A DNA stretch of 64,000 bases. Origin: Planctomycetota bacterium (GTDB taxonomy: Bacteria; Planctomycetota; UBA1135; UBA2386). The notes below the pieces were generated by a model. It was given only the letters and a program-made list of their open reading frames with translations. It did no database searches and was not told the origin of the DNA. The stretch is taken from positions 4,080,011-4,144,010 of the forward strand of contig OZ245838.1 of NCBI GenBank assembly GCA_965228735.1. Direction: 5' to 3'. A program made the translations under genes and the position numbers. Positions 8,781-17,062 of the stretch are shown here, one piece after another. Position 1 is the first letter of the stretch; each line of letters starts with the position of its first letter.

Positions 8781-10742
8781 CTACTTCGTCGGCATCACGA
8801 TACCGATGCGCTGCGGCTCGGCCGTGATCACGGTCGAGATGTACGCCGTGCCGCGATCCTTGCTCGTCACCCAGAGCTCCAACGGCCCGAGTGGCAGTCT
8901 TCGTATCGGGCCATCGGGCACGTCGACGGTGCGATCGGCGTACGTCACCTCCGCGCCGATCTCGTCGCCGTCGGCGTCGGTGACCGCGATCGTGAGCTGG
9001 CCCGTCGGCGCCGTGAACCGCCACGGGCCATCACCCTCGATCGGGAAGCGCACGGCCTGATTGCCGGTCTCGTCACCGCGCAGTTCGACGACGTCGCCGG
9101 CCATGAGGTCGGGCCCGCGCCAGTCACCGGCATCGCCGAGCTCGAACTTCATCCACCGATCCGGCCCCTGGAAGCCGGCGCGCGCCCAGCGGACCTTCGC
9201 ACGTTTGCACGGCCCGGCAGCATCCGAGATCACGAGCTGCGGCGCCGTGCCCAGCGCCAGATCGCCGAGCGCCACGACGCGATCGTCGCCGCGCAGCGGC
9301 AAGGTCACGAACACCAGGCGATGCACGAGCCCCGGTGTCGCCGGCGCGATCTCGAGCATCGCCTTCCCCGTACGCGTCGCCGTGAGCTCGAACCGACCAT
9401 CGGGGCACTGCGTGTATGCGTCCCCCTCGTCGTCGTCGCCGCGACCCCAGCCCCGAACCCAGCGCACCTGTGCCGCGATCAGAGCGCCGCTGCCATCGAC
9501 GATCCGACCGGTCACCCGGGTCGGCGGCCACGGCCGCAGCTCGACCGCGCCGTCGAACAATTCCTGCACGTCGGCGAACGCGAACGTGCGCTGACCCGCC
9601 CAGCCGTCCTCGTGCAACGGCCGGCACGTCAGAGCGAACGGCCCGGTGGCCGGCACCTCGACGCTGCCGTCCTCGACGTCGAACCGCTTGTCGAACCCGG
9701 GTGCCGTGGCGAACGCGCTGACCTTGGTCGGGTCGACACCCTCGGCAAACGCGACCCGGACGAGGCGCAACTCCGGCAACGGCAGCACCGCGGGCGGCTT
9801 GCCGTCCGGGCCTTCGACCGTTCCTTCGTGCGGATCGTCACCGCGCGGGTCCGGCAGCCGCAGCGTGATGGGATAGACGGCGCGGTCGGGCGTGCTGAAC
9901 CACACGCCGTGGCCGAAACGTGTGCGCACATGGTTCGCGCCGATGTCGGGGTCGGCGCCGAGCAGCGTGAACGTGCCGTCCAACGCCGTTCTGGCCCACG
10001 GTCCGCGATGCACATCGGGCGCCGCGACGTGCGCACCGGCGACGGGCGCTCCGAGGTGATCGACGACCTTGCCGGTCAGCGCGTACGACCAGTCGCAATC
10101 GACGATGACCGGCGGGTCCCCCGGACGCCAGTCGATGCAGTGATAGCCGAGCCCGAGGCCTGCACGCTGCACGTAGACGTCACGGATGTGATTGTAGGGA
10201 TCGACGCCGCGCAGGATCGCGATCCCGTCCTCACCGGTCGTCGCGTTCACGAGGTCCGGGGTATGACCGCAACCGCCGCAGTAACCGACGAACGCGCCTT
10301 TGGCCGGACGCTTCTGCCAGTCGCGCACGAGGATCGGCACGTCGAACGGGCGATTGAGCCGCCAATTCTCGTACTCACCGCCCGAGCGACTGCACACGCC
10401 GTAGTCGGGGTGCTTGACGATCTGCTCGTCGATATCGCCGCCGATCTTGCCGATGGGGACGTCGATGAGCCCGTCGTCGTCGGACGTGGCCTTCGCGAGG
10501 TACCAGAAGTCGCCGGCTATCGGCGTCTTCGACTCGCGCAGGAAGAACACCTCGGCGCCTGCGACCGGCGCACCGGTCAGATCGTCGAGCACTCGGAAGC
10601 AGAGCCAGTCGGGCCGGTAGAACTGCCCCGGTACGCGGTCCTCGGAGAGTTCGACGCGCGCCTGAGCAACCAGCCCGGATCCGAGTGTGGCGAGGGCGAT
10701 GGCAGAGCTGACTCGCAGGGAGGACAGGTTCACGTTCACCAC
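8781..10742 (-). CDS. Secreted protein with carboxypeptidase-regulatory-like beta-sandwich repeats, function unknown (last gene of the vWA-STK-ECF module)
   Basis: GTG start (alternative GTGs within 9 nt). Signal peptide ...SSAIALATLGSGLVAQA. Repeats such as TGKVVDHLGAPVAGAHV...DGTFTL and VTGRIVDGSGALIAAQV...DGRFEL. Lies 52 nt downstream of the ECF sigma gene on the same strand. Confidence 0.7.
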   Translation of the reverse strand: MVNVNLSSLRVSSAIALATLGSGLVAQARVELSEDRVPGQFYRPDWLCFRVLDDLTGAPVAGAEVFFLRESKTPIAGDFWYLAKATSDDDGLIDVPIGKIGGDIDEQIVKHPDYGVCSRSGGEYENWRLNRPFDVPILVRDWQKRPAKGAFVGYCGGCGHTPDLVNATTGEDGIAILRGVDPYNHIRDVYVQRAGLGLGYHCIDWRPGDPPVIVDCDWSYALTGKVVDHLGAPVAGAHVAAPDVHRGPWARTALDGTFTLLGADPDIGANHVRTRFGHGVWFSTPDRAVYPITLRLPDPRGDDPHEGTVEGPDGKPPAVLPLPELRLVRVAFAEGVDPTKVSAFATAPGFDKRFDVEDGSVEVPATGPFALTCRPLHEDGWAGQRTFAFADVQELFDGAVELRPWPPTRVTGRIVDGSGALIAAQVRWVRGWGRGDDDEGDAYTQCPDGRFELTATRTGKAMLEIAPATPGLVHRLVFVTLPLRGDDRVVALGDLALGTAPQLVISDAAGPCKRAKVRWARAGFQGPDRWMKFELGDAGDWRGPDLMAGDVVELRGDETGNQAVRFPIEGDGPWRFTAPTGQLTIAVTDADGDEIGAEVTYADRTVDVPDGPIRRLPLGPLELWVTSKDRGTAYISTVITAEPQRIGIVMPTK

Positions 10743-10794
10743 GGTATCACGGCAACCCCCGTGCCAAGCTGCCGCCCCGAACCGCCGCGTCGGG

Positions 10795-11367
10795 CTATCG
10801 GGCGAGCCAGGTGTCGACCACCTTGCCGAGCTGCTGACGCAGCAGCGCCTTGCTGCGATGCACGCGCACCTGCAGCGTGTTCGGGCTCGCCTCGCAGAGC
10901 TCGCTCATCTCCGCGTAGGACAGCCCTTCGACGTGGAACAGCACGAACGCCTCGCGCATCACGATCGGCAGCCGGTCGATCGCGAGCGCGAGCTGCGCCG
11001 CGGACTCGCGCCGGACGATCGAGCTGAGGGCCGAACGCGAACGGTCGGGCACGCTGCAAAGCGCCGCGTCGCCCTCGTGCGTGCGGCGCACCTCGTCGCG
11101 CAGGAAGTTGCGGCACCGGTTGACCGCGATCGCGAGCAGCCAGCTCGCGAACCGCGCCGGGTCCTGCAGTTGTCCGATCTTCTCGAAGCCCGACCGCAGT
11201 GCGTCCTGCGCGACGTCGTCCGCGATGGCGTCGTCGCCGGTCATCACGACGAGGTAGCGCGCGAGCCGTTCGCGCTGGGTAGCGAACAGGCTCTCGAACG
11301 CGGCGCGGTCACCGCTCTGCGCGCGGCGAACCAGCTCGAGGTCGACGGGTTCGTCACTCGACGCCAC
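10795..11367 (-). CDS. ECF-type RNA polymerase sigma-70 factor
   Basis: 190 aa with sigma2 (RAAFESLFATQRERLARYL...DVAQDAL...WLLAIAVNRCRNFLR) and sigma4 (REAFVLFHVEGLSYAEMSELCEASPNTLQVRVHRSKALLRQ) regions. GTG start is preceded by AGGAGG at 6 nt. Overlaps the kinase gene 3' end by 14 nt. Confidence 0.93.
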   Translation of the reverse strand: MASSDEPVDLELVRRAQSGDRAAFESLFATQRERLARYLVVMTGDDAIADDVAQDALRSGFEKIGQLQDPARFASWLLAIAVNRCRNFLRDEVRRTHEGDAALCSVPDRSRSALSSIVRRESAAQLALAIDRLPIVMREAFVLFHVEGLSYAEMSELCEASPNTLQVRVHRSKALLRQQLGKVVDTWLAR

Positions 11368-13465
11368 CGCAGACCTCCTGTTCCCAGTCCAGCCGAAACT
11401 CCGGCACGTGCAACAGGCGCCACGGATCGACGCCGAAGTCCGGTTCGATCCCGGCCCGCAGCAGCGCGGCCATGGCCTCGAACGAACGGAGGTCGACGCT
11501 CGCCGCCTCTAGCGCCGCGCGCAACTCGGCCGGCGACTCCCAGTATCCCGGTGGCGCCGTCAGCGCGGCCGGCCGATACACCGGCTCGTCGTTCAACCTG
11601 TGCTGCAGTTCGCCCGCGACCGGCACCTCCACCGGGTCGCAACCAGCAAGCAGACGCAAGAGTCGCGCGCGCTCGGCGGAATCGATCGCCACGCCGGATC
11701 GCCCGGACTGCCAGCGCCGGAGCCCGGCGAGCCACACGACGGCCGCCTCGCCCGCGCCGTGGAGCCACGCCATCTCGGCATCGCTCGACAGCCCGTTCGG
11801 GTCGACCGCGTCCGCCGCGAGCATGCGCAGCAGCCAGTGGTCAGGGCCCGAGGACGGCATGCGACGAGCGCGGTCGCGCAGCAGCAGGCGTCGCTCCGCG
11901 CGGCTCGCGAACCGCAGGCGCAGCACGCTCACGACCTCGGGCGCCGCATCGGCGTAATCGGCTCGCGCCGTGACGCGCCGCAGCACGGTCGCGTCCCAGC
12001 AGGCGAGGTGCGCGGCCAGGAGGTCGCGGGTCGGCAGCAGGGCGGTCTGGACTGGGGTCGGCGCCACGTGCGCGGACTTGAACCCGTCGAGCACGCCCTG
12101 CGCCGTCACGGCGTCCCCCACCGAGAGCAGCGCACCGACGTCGGGGCCCGCCGATGCACGATCCGCCCCGGGGTCCGCCCGGCCGAAGAGCCGCAGTCGG
12201 CGGCGCTCGTCGCAGTCGCTCCATGCCGCCGGTACGCCGATGACCCGCGGCAGCGCGCGATACGCCACGAGCCAGGCAAGGCGGGCGTGGGCCATCGCGT
12301 CGGACGTCCCCGCGGCTTCGAAGTCCGCGATCGCGGCGAAGAACTCGCCGCGGTGCCAGCGCGCCATCCCGCGTTCGAACGCCGTCGGCGGCGCCGCGAC
12401 GACGGGATCCACCCGCGTCGGCGCTTCACCTTCGCGTGCCGTCGACGTCGCCATCACGATCGCAACTGCGGCCACCGCCAGGCCCAGGCCGGCGAACACC
12501 AACGGCCAACGCGCCGCCTTCGGCGCGGCCGGTTCGATCGCGGCGCGGAGCTGCTCGCCGAACGCGGCCGCGGACGGCTGCCGCGAACCCCGGTCCTTCT
12601 GCAGCGCGGTCGCGATCACGCGATCCAGCGACTTTGGCACGTCAGATCGAACCTCGGACACCGGGCGCGGCACGAGCGACTCGACGAGCTTGAGCTCGGC
12701 GAACAGGTTGGCACCGGCGAACGGGTTCTTGCCCGTGAGCAGTTCGTAGAGCACGACGCCGAGCGCGTGCACGTCGGCGCGTTCGTCGATCTCGTCGCCG
12801 GCGTCGAGGATCTGCTCGGGCGCCATGTACTGCGGCGTGCCAAGGATCTCGCCCGTGCGCGTGACCGGCGCCTCGGCGCCGCCGTCGCGGGCGCGCGCGA
12901 TGCCGAAGTCGAGAACGCGCACGCGGCCGTCCTCGGCCCGCAGCACGTTCTCCGGCTTGATGTCACGGTGGAGAACGCCGTGGGCATGGGCCGCGGCCAG
13001 CACGTCCGCGATACCGACAGCCAGTCGCACGGCCTCACCCACCGGCAACGGCCCCTCCGCCAGCAACGCGCGCAGACTCTGACCCGGAACGTACTCGAGC
13101 ACGAGATACGGCCGGTCCTCGAGCACGTCGCAATCGAGCACGCGCACGACGCCCGGGTGGTCGATCGCCGCCTGCAGCCGCGCCTCACGCGCGAACCGCT
13201 CGCGCATCGCCGTCGCGTCCTCGCCCGACGGCGGCGGCATGATCTTGATCGCGACGCGGGTGCCGAGGTCCTGGTGATGCGCGAGGTAGACCTCGGCCAT
13301 GCCGCCCGCCGCGATCGGCCGGTCGAGCACGAACTCGCCGATCCGTTCGGGCACCGGCCGGCCGTCGCAGTGCGGACACGTGGGCGGCATCCCGCCGATG
13401 TCCGCGAGCGTGAGCGTTCGCCCGCAGCCGCCGCAGCGGATCTGCATGCCCGGAGCCGCCGTCAT
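11354..13465 (-). CDS. Transmembrane receptor Ser/Thr protein kinase with N-terminal zinc ribbon
   Basis: CGGCGRTL...CPHC zinc ribbon. Hanks kinase motifs (AIKIM, HRDIKPENVL, DFGIA, GTPQYMAPE). One TM (WPLVFAGLGLAVAAVAIVMA) followed by about 370 aa without a recognisable domain. Confidence 0.93.
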   Translation of the reverse strand: MTAAPGMQIRCGGCGRTLTLADIGGMPPTCPHCDGRPVPERIGEFVLDRPIAAGGMAEVYLAHHQDLGTRVAIKIMPPPSGEDATAMRERFAREARLQAAIDHPGVVRVLDCDVLEDRPYLVLEYVPGQSLRALLAEGPLPVGEAVRLAVGIADVLAAAHAHGVLHRDIKPENVLRAEDGRVRVLDFGIARARDGGAEAPVTRTGEILGTPQYMAPEQILDAGDEIDERADVHALGVVLYELLTGKNPFAGANLFAELKLVESLVPRPVSEVRSDVPKSLDRVIATALQKDRGSRQPSAAAFGEQLRAAIEPAAPKAARWPLVFAGLGLAVAAVAIVMATSTAREGEAPTRVDPVVAAPPTAFERGMARWHRGEFFAAIADFEAAGTSDAMAHARLAWLVAYRALPRVIGVPAAWSDCDERRRLRLFGRADPGADRASAGPDVGALLSVGDAVTAQGVLDGFKSAHVAPTPVQTALLPTRDLLAAHLACWDATVLRRVTARADYADAAPEVVSVLRLRFASRAERRLLLRDRARRMPSSGPDHWLLRMLAADAVDPNGLSSDAEMAWLHGAGEAAVVWLAGLRRWQSGRSGVAIDSAERARLLRLLAGCDPVEVPVAGELQHRLNDEPVYRPAALTAPPGYWESPAELRAALEAASVDLRSFEAMAALLRAGIEPDFGVDPWRLLHVPEFRLDWEQEVCGGVE

Positions 13466-14851
13466 CTACATGTCCCGGAAGCGGTCGACGTAGCGCCGCA
13501 ACACGCGACTGTAGTCGGTGGCCATGGCGCGCACGCGCGCGACGTCCCGGTCGTCGTCGGTCTCGAACTCGCGCCGCGCGAACGCGAGCGCGTCCTGCAG
13601 CGCGCGATCGGCCGCGGCCCACTGCCGGCGCTGCCCGTGCTTCGCCATCTCGTGCATGCCCTCGGCCAGAACGGCGATCGTGTAGTTCTTGCGCACCTCG
13701 GGGTCGCGCTGCGGCCGGCCGCCCTCGGACACGAACCGCAGCTCATCGAGTGCCGCGACCGAGTTGGTCGACGCGCCGCTGCGATAGCTCAGCGTGGCAC
13801 GAACATCGGCCATGCGCTCGCCCGCCCTCGCCTTGCCGCGCACCCGGCAGACCGCCAGCACCACGCCCGTGGCACCCCGGTTGAGGTTCGGCAGCTCGAC
13901 GATGTAGCGCCCTTCGTGACCCTCGACGTCGTGGCCGATCACGCGCTCGAGGCGCAGACCGTCCGGCAACTCGAACCGCAGATCGACGCGTCGTGCGACG
14001 GGCGCGACGAGGGCCTCGTGCTCGTCGACGAAGACCTTCTGCACGTCCTGCCCGTCGGCGACGTAGTGGAACAGCCCGCGGCCACCGCGCGCGAGCCGGT
14101 CGAGCAACGCGACGTCGAGGTTGCGGCCGACTCCGATCGTCGACAGGTCGATCTCGCCCTCGGTCGTGAAGCCCGACGCCGCCGCGAGGATGCGCTCGGG
14201 ATCCGTCTCGCCGCGGTTGGCGATCCCGTCGGTCAAGAGCAGCACCCGGTTGCTCGACGACGGTCGCGCCGCCCGGCTGACTTCCTGCAAACCGAGCATC
14301 AACCCGCCGTGCAGATTGGTCGCGCCGCCCGGCTCGAGGCGCGCGATCGCGTCCTGCAGCCAGCGCCCGTCACCGAGCTCGCGACCGGCGGCATCGAGGC
14401 GCGCCTCGCTGTCGTACGACACGAGGGCTACGCGATCGTGCGGTCGCAGCCGATCCACGAACGCGCGCAGTGCGGCCTTGACCTGTCGCATCTTCCCGGC
14501 CTCCTCCATCGACCCGCTGCGGTCGATGACGAGCGCGAGGTTCAGCGGCGGCAGGTCGGCGCGGTCGTCGCCCGGCGCGGTCGTGTAGCCGAACTGCACG
14601 ACGACCTCGTCGCCGGGACCGAGCACGCGGCTGCTCGCGCGCACGTCGAGCATCACGCTCTCGTCTGCACGCGGCAGCGGCAGCCGGTGGCGGTGGTAGT
14701 TGACGATGTCCGCGACGGCCACCTCGAGCGGCGTCGGCAGCTTGCCGAGGGCGGCGGCTTCCCGGGTGCGGGCGTGGCCGAACGAGGAACCCGCGTCCTG
14801 CGCAAGCAGGCTGGACAGCAGGGACAACGACGAAACCAAGATCTGGCGCAT
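13466..14851 (-). CDS. Secreted von Willebrand factor type A (vWA) domain protein
   Basis: ATG at 14851 gives signal peptide MRQILVSSLSLLSSLLAQ (the track start at 14869 is a TTG). MIDAS motif VIDRSGSM and vWA core ...VLLLTDGIANRG. Stop TAG abuts the kinase ATG. Confidence 0.88.
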   Translation of the reverse strand: MRQILVSSLSLLSSLLAQDAGSSFGHARTREAAALGKLPTPLEVAVADIVNYHRHRLPLPRADESVMLDVRASSRVLGPGDEVVVQFGYTTAPGDDRADLPPLNLALVIDRSGSMEEAGKMRQVKAALRAFVDRLRPHDRVALVSYDSEARLDAAGRELGDGRWLQDAIARLEPGGATNLHGGLMLGLQEVSRAARPSSSNRVLLLTDGIANRGETDPERILAAASGFTTEGEIDLSTIGVGRNLDVALLDRLARGGRGLFHYVADGQDVQKVFVDEHEALVAPVARRVDLRFELPDGLRLERVIGHDVEGHEGRYIVELPNLNRGATGVVLAVCRVRGKARAGERMADVRATLSYRSGASTNSVAALDELRFVSEGGRPQRDPEVRKNYTIAVLAEGMHEMAKHGQRRQWAAADRALQDALAFARREFETDDDRDVARVRAMATDYSRVLRRYVDRFRDM

Positions 14852-14902
14852 GTGGTCTACTCCGGTCAAGAACGACCGAGAGAACCGGGTGCGCCCGAGA
14901 CC

Positions 14903-15325
14903 TTACCGCAAACTCTCGATTCGGCCCGCGGCGTCCACGATCTGGGTGATCCGGAGACCGTAGGCGTCGTCCACGAGCACGACCTCGCCGCGGGCGACGA
15001 GCTTGCCGTTCACCCGCAGATCGACCGGCTCCTCGCTCTTCTTGTCGAGCGCGATCACGCTGCCGGGCACGAGCTTGAGCACGTCCTCGAGGCACATCTC
15101 CGTGCGACCGACCTCCACCGAGATCGGAATCTCGACATCCAACAGCAGGTCGAGGTTCTTGTTGGCCTCGCCCTGGGAGCCGTTGCCGAGTTGACCGAAG
15201 GCGACCGGCTGAACCGCCGCTTCCGCGAACTCGGCCGCGGCGTTGGCGACTTCACCTTCGCTCCAGCTGCCGCTGCCTTCGCCGTCGCCGCTGGCGCCGG
15301 TGTTGCTGTCATTGGGGTCGGTCAT
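14903..15325 (-). CDS. fliN: Flagellar motor switch protein FliN
   Basis: C-terminal SpoA/FliN domain (LLLDVEIPISVEVGRTEMCLEDVLKLVPGSVIALDK...VNGKLVARGEVVLVDDAYGLRITQI). Positioned after fliM. Confidence 0.95.
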   Translation of the reverse strand: MTDPNDSNTGASGDGEGSGSWSEGEVANAAAEFAEAAVQPVAFGQLGNGSQGEANKNLDLLLDVEIPISVEVGRTEMCLEDVLKLVPGSVIALDKKSEEPVDLRVNGKLVARGEVVLVDDAYGLRITQIVDAAGRIESLR

Positions 15326-15340
15326 GCGTCCTGGGTTCGT

Positions 15341-16336
15341 CTAACCGTCGATGACATCGGCAACCTGGAGCCCGATTCTGTTGCCAATCCGCCCGACATG
15401 GGCCCGGAACTTCGGCTTGCCCTGGACCGGGACCGTCGCCAGCTGCCCGAGACGGCGCTCGAGCGGGATCACGTCACCGGGCTGCAGGTCCAGCATCTGC
15501 CGCAGCCGAATCCGGGCTTCCCCCAGCTCGCCAGCCAGGTGGATCGGCACCCGCCGCAGCGTCGACGCCAGGGTCTCCTGCATCGCCCCGACCTCGACCG
15601 TGGCCGTTCGGTCGCGCGTGAAACTCTCGATCATCGGCTCGATCGACGAGAACGGAATCGTCAGTCGGAGATCGCCGATGAGGAAGTCGCCTGCGACCTG
15701 GAAGTAGACCGTCATCACGACGTCCTGCGACGGCAGGATCTGCGCGAACGAAGGATTGCAGAACCGCTTCTCGATCTTCCACTCGAGCTGCACGACTTCC
15801 CGCAGACTCTCGACGATCCGGTCGAGACACGGACCGATCAGCGCCTCGGCAACCGTGTATTCCGCGGCCGTGAAGTCATCAGGGATTCGAGCGACCTTGC
15901 CCGAACCACCGAGGATGCGGTCCACCGCCCCGTAGAGCAGACTCGTACTGGCGGTCAGCAGGCATGGGAACTCGAACGGCTTCAGCTCGAGCACGTAGAA
16001 CGAAACCGGCCCCGGCACCGTATCGAGCCAGGCGCCGAATCGTTGCTGCTCGACGGCAACGCAATCGCACCGAATTTCGGTACGGAGCTTGTCGCTGATC
16101 GTCGCCGAGAGCAGCTTGCCGGCGCTCTCGAAGTGACGCTCGATCCCTCGCAGCTGCTCGCGCCCGAGGCGATTGGGTTTCAGCAGGTCAATCGGACTCA
16201 CGACCCGATGACCCGAGTCGATCACGGGGGCGTCGGCCGAGTGGGGCGAATCGCTCTCCACGTCGACATCCCCGCCCTCTGTGCGGAACATGTCGAGCAG
16301 GGTGTCGATCTCTTCGTTGCTGAGGATCTCGTTCAC
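15341..16336 (-). CDS. fliM: Flagellar motor switch protein FliM
   Basis: GTG at 16336 gives an N-terminus (M)NEILSNEEIDTLL, matching the conserved CheY-P-binding LSQxEIDALL motif near residue 5. FliM middle domain and C-terminal SpoA-like domain present. The track ATG at 16459 would overlap fliL by 65 nt, so the start is uncertain. Confidence 0.9.
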   Translation of the reverse strand: MNEILSNEEIDTLLDMFRTEGGDVDVESDSPHSADAPVIDSGHRVVSPIDLLKPNRLGREQLRGIERHFESAGKLLSATISDKLRTEIRCDCVAVEQQRFGAWLDTVPGPVSFYVLELKPFEFPCLLTASTSLLYGAVDRILGGSGKVARIPDDFTAAEYTVAEALIGPCLDRIVESLREVVQLEWKIEKRFCNPSFAQILPSQDVVMTVYFQVAGDFLIGDLRLTIPFSSIEPMIESFTRDRTATVEVGAMQETLASTLRRVPIHLAGELGEARIRLRQMLDLQPGDVIPLERRLGQLATVPVQGKPKFRAHVGRIGNRIGLQVADVIDG

Positions 16337-16394
16337 GGGGGGGGTCCTGTCGGGCTTGGGGGCGCCGGGCACTAGCGTTCGGATGACGTCGGCT

Positions 16395-16907
16395 TCACTG
16401 GAACAACTTCTGTTGCCACATGAGCCGCACGATCTCGGCGATCGGCTCCTCTTCGCCAAGCGTCGGGAAGATCGCGCGATTGAGTTCGTCGAGGATCGCC
16501 TTCTCGGCCATGCGGAAGCCAGCCTCCGTGCGCAACTCCGCCATCGATCGCTGTGACAGCAGCGTCAGCACGCGTGAGTAGGCCTCGGTCCACGCTTCCT
16601 TGATCCGCTCGAACGCGTCGTGCTCCAGGTCTTCGCGGGCGCGATAAACGAACTGGAACTTGAACTTCGCCGTGCCACGCCCGGTCTTCGAGACCGGGTT
16701 GAACACGAACTCGAGGACATCCGGATGCTGGATGTCCCACTCCTGCAGCACGGGTTTCTCGACCTCGACCTCCACCACCTTCGGCGGGACGGCAAAGACC
16801 ACGCCGACACCACCCAGGGCGGCGCCCACGGCTACGAGAACGATCGCAGGAAGTCCCTTCTTCTTGCCCTCGGCCTCTTGGCCCTCGTCCTTCTTCTTGT
16901 CGGCCAC
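16395..16907 (-). CDS. fliL: Flagellar basal-body-associated protein FliL
   Basis: Lys-rich N-terminus, single TM (LPAIVLVAVGAALGGVGVVFAV) and a FliL-like periplasmic domain. GTG start with GGAGGAG 8 nt upstream. Positioned before fliM. Confidence 0.85.
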   Translation of the reverse strand: MADKKKDEGQEAEGKKKGLPAIVLVAVGAALGGVGVVFAVPPKVVEVEVEKPVLQEWDIQHPDVLEFVFNPVSKTGRGTAKFKFQFVYRAREDLEHDAFERIKEAWTEAYSRVLTLLSQRSMAELRTEAGFRMAEKAILDELNRAIFPTLGEEEPIAEIVRLMWQQKLFQ

Positions 16908-17062
16908 GTGCTGCTCTCCTCCGTTGCTGCGATGCCGATCCCCTGCGACTGCAGGCGTCGTGTCGGAGGTATCGGCACCCCGGGGCAGCAGAGTGTTGCG
17001 AAAGCGGCCGGACCGTCGGGAAAGCCAGCGGTCGGACGAGTCGGAAAAAGGCGCTCACGGCG

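Noticed and set aside
11600-16375. 1591-aa plus-strand ORF spanning the kinase, vWA, fliN and fliM loci
   Set aside because: It is antisense to four genes with unambiguous family motifs (HRDIKPEN, DRSGSM MIDAS, FliN SpoA domain, FliM LSNEEIDTLL). The product is Arg/His/Asp-rich nonsense-like sequence. This is a high-GC artefact.
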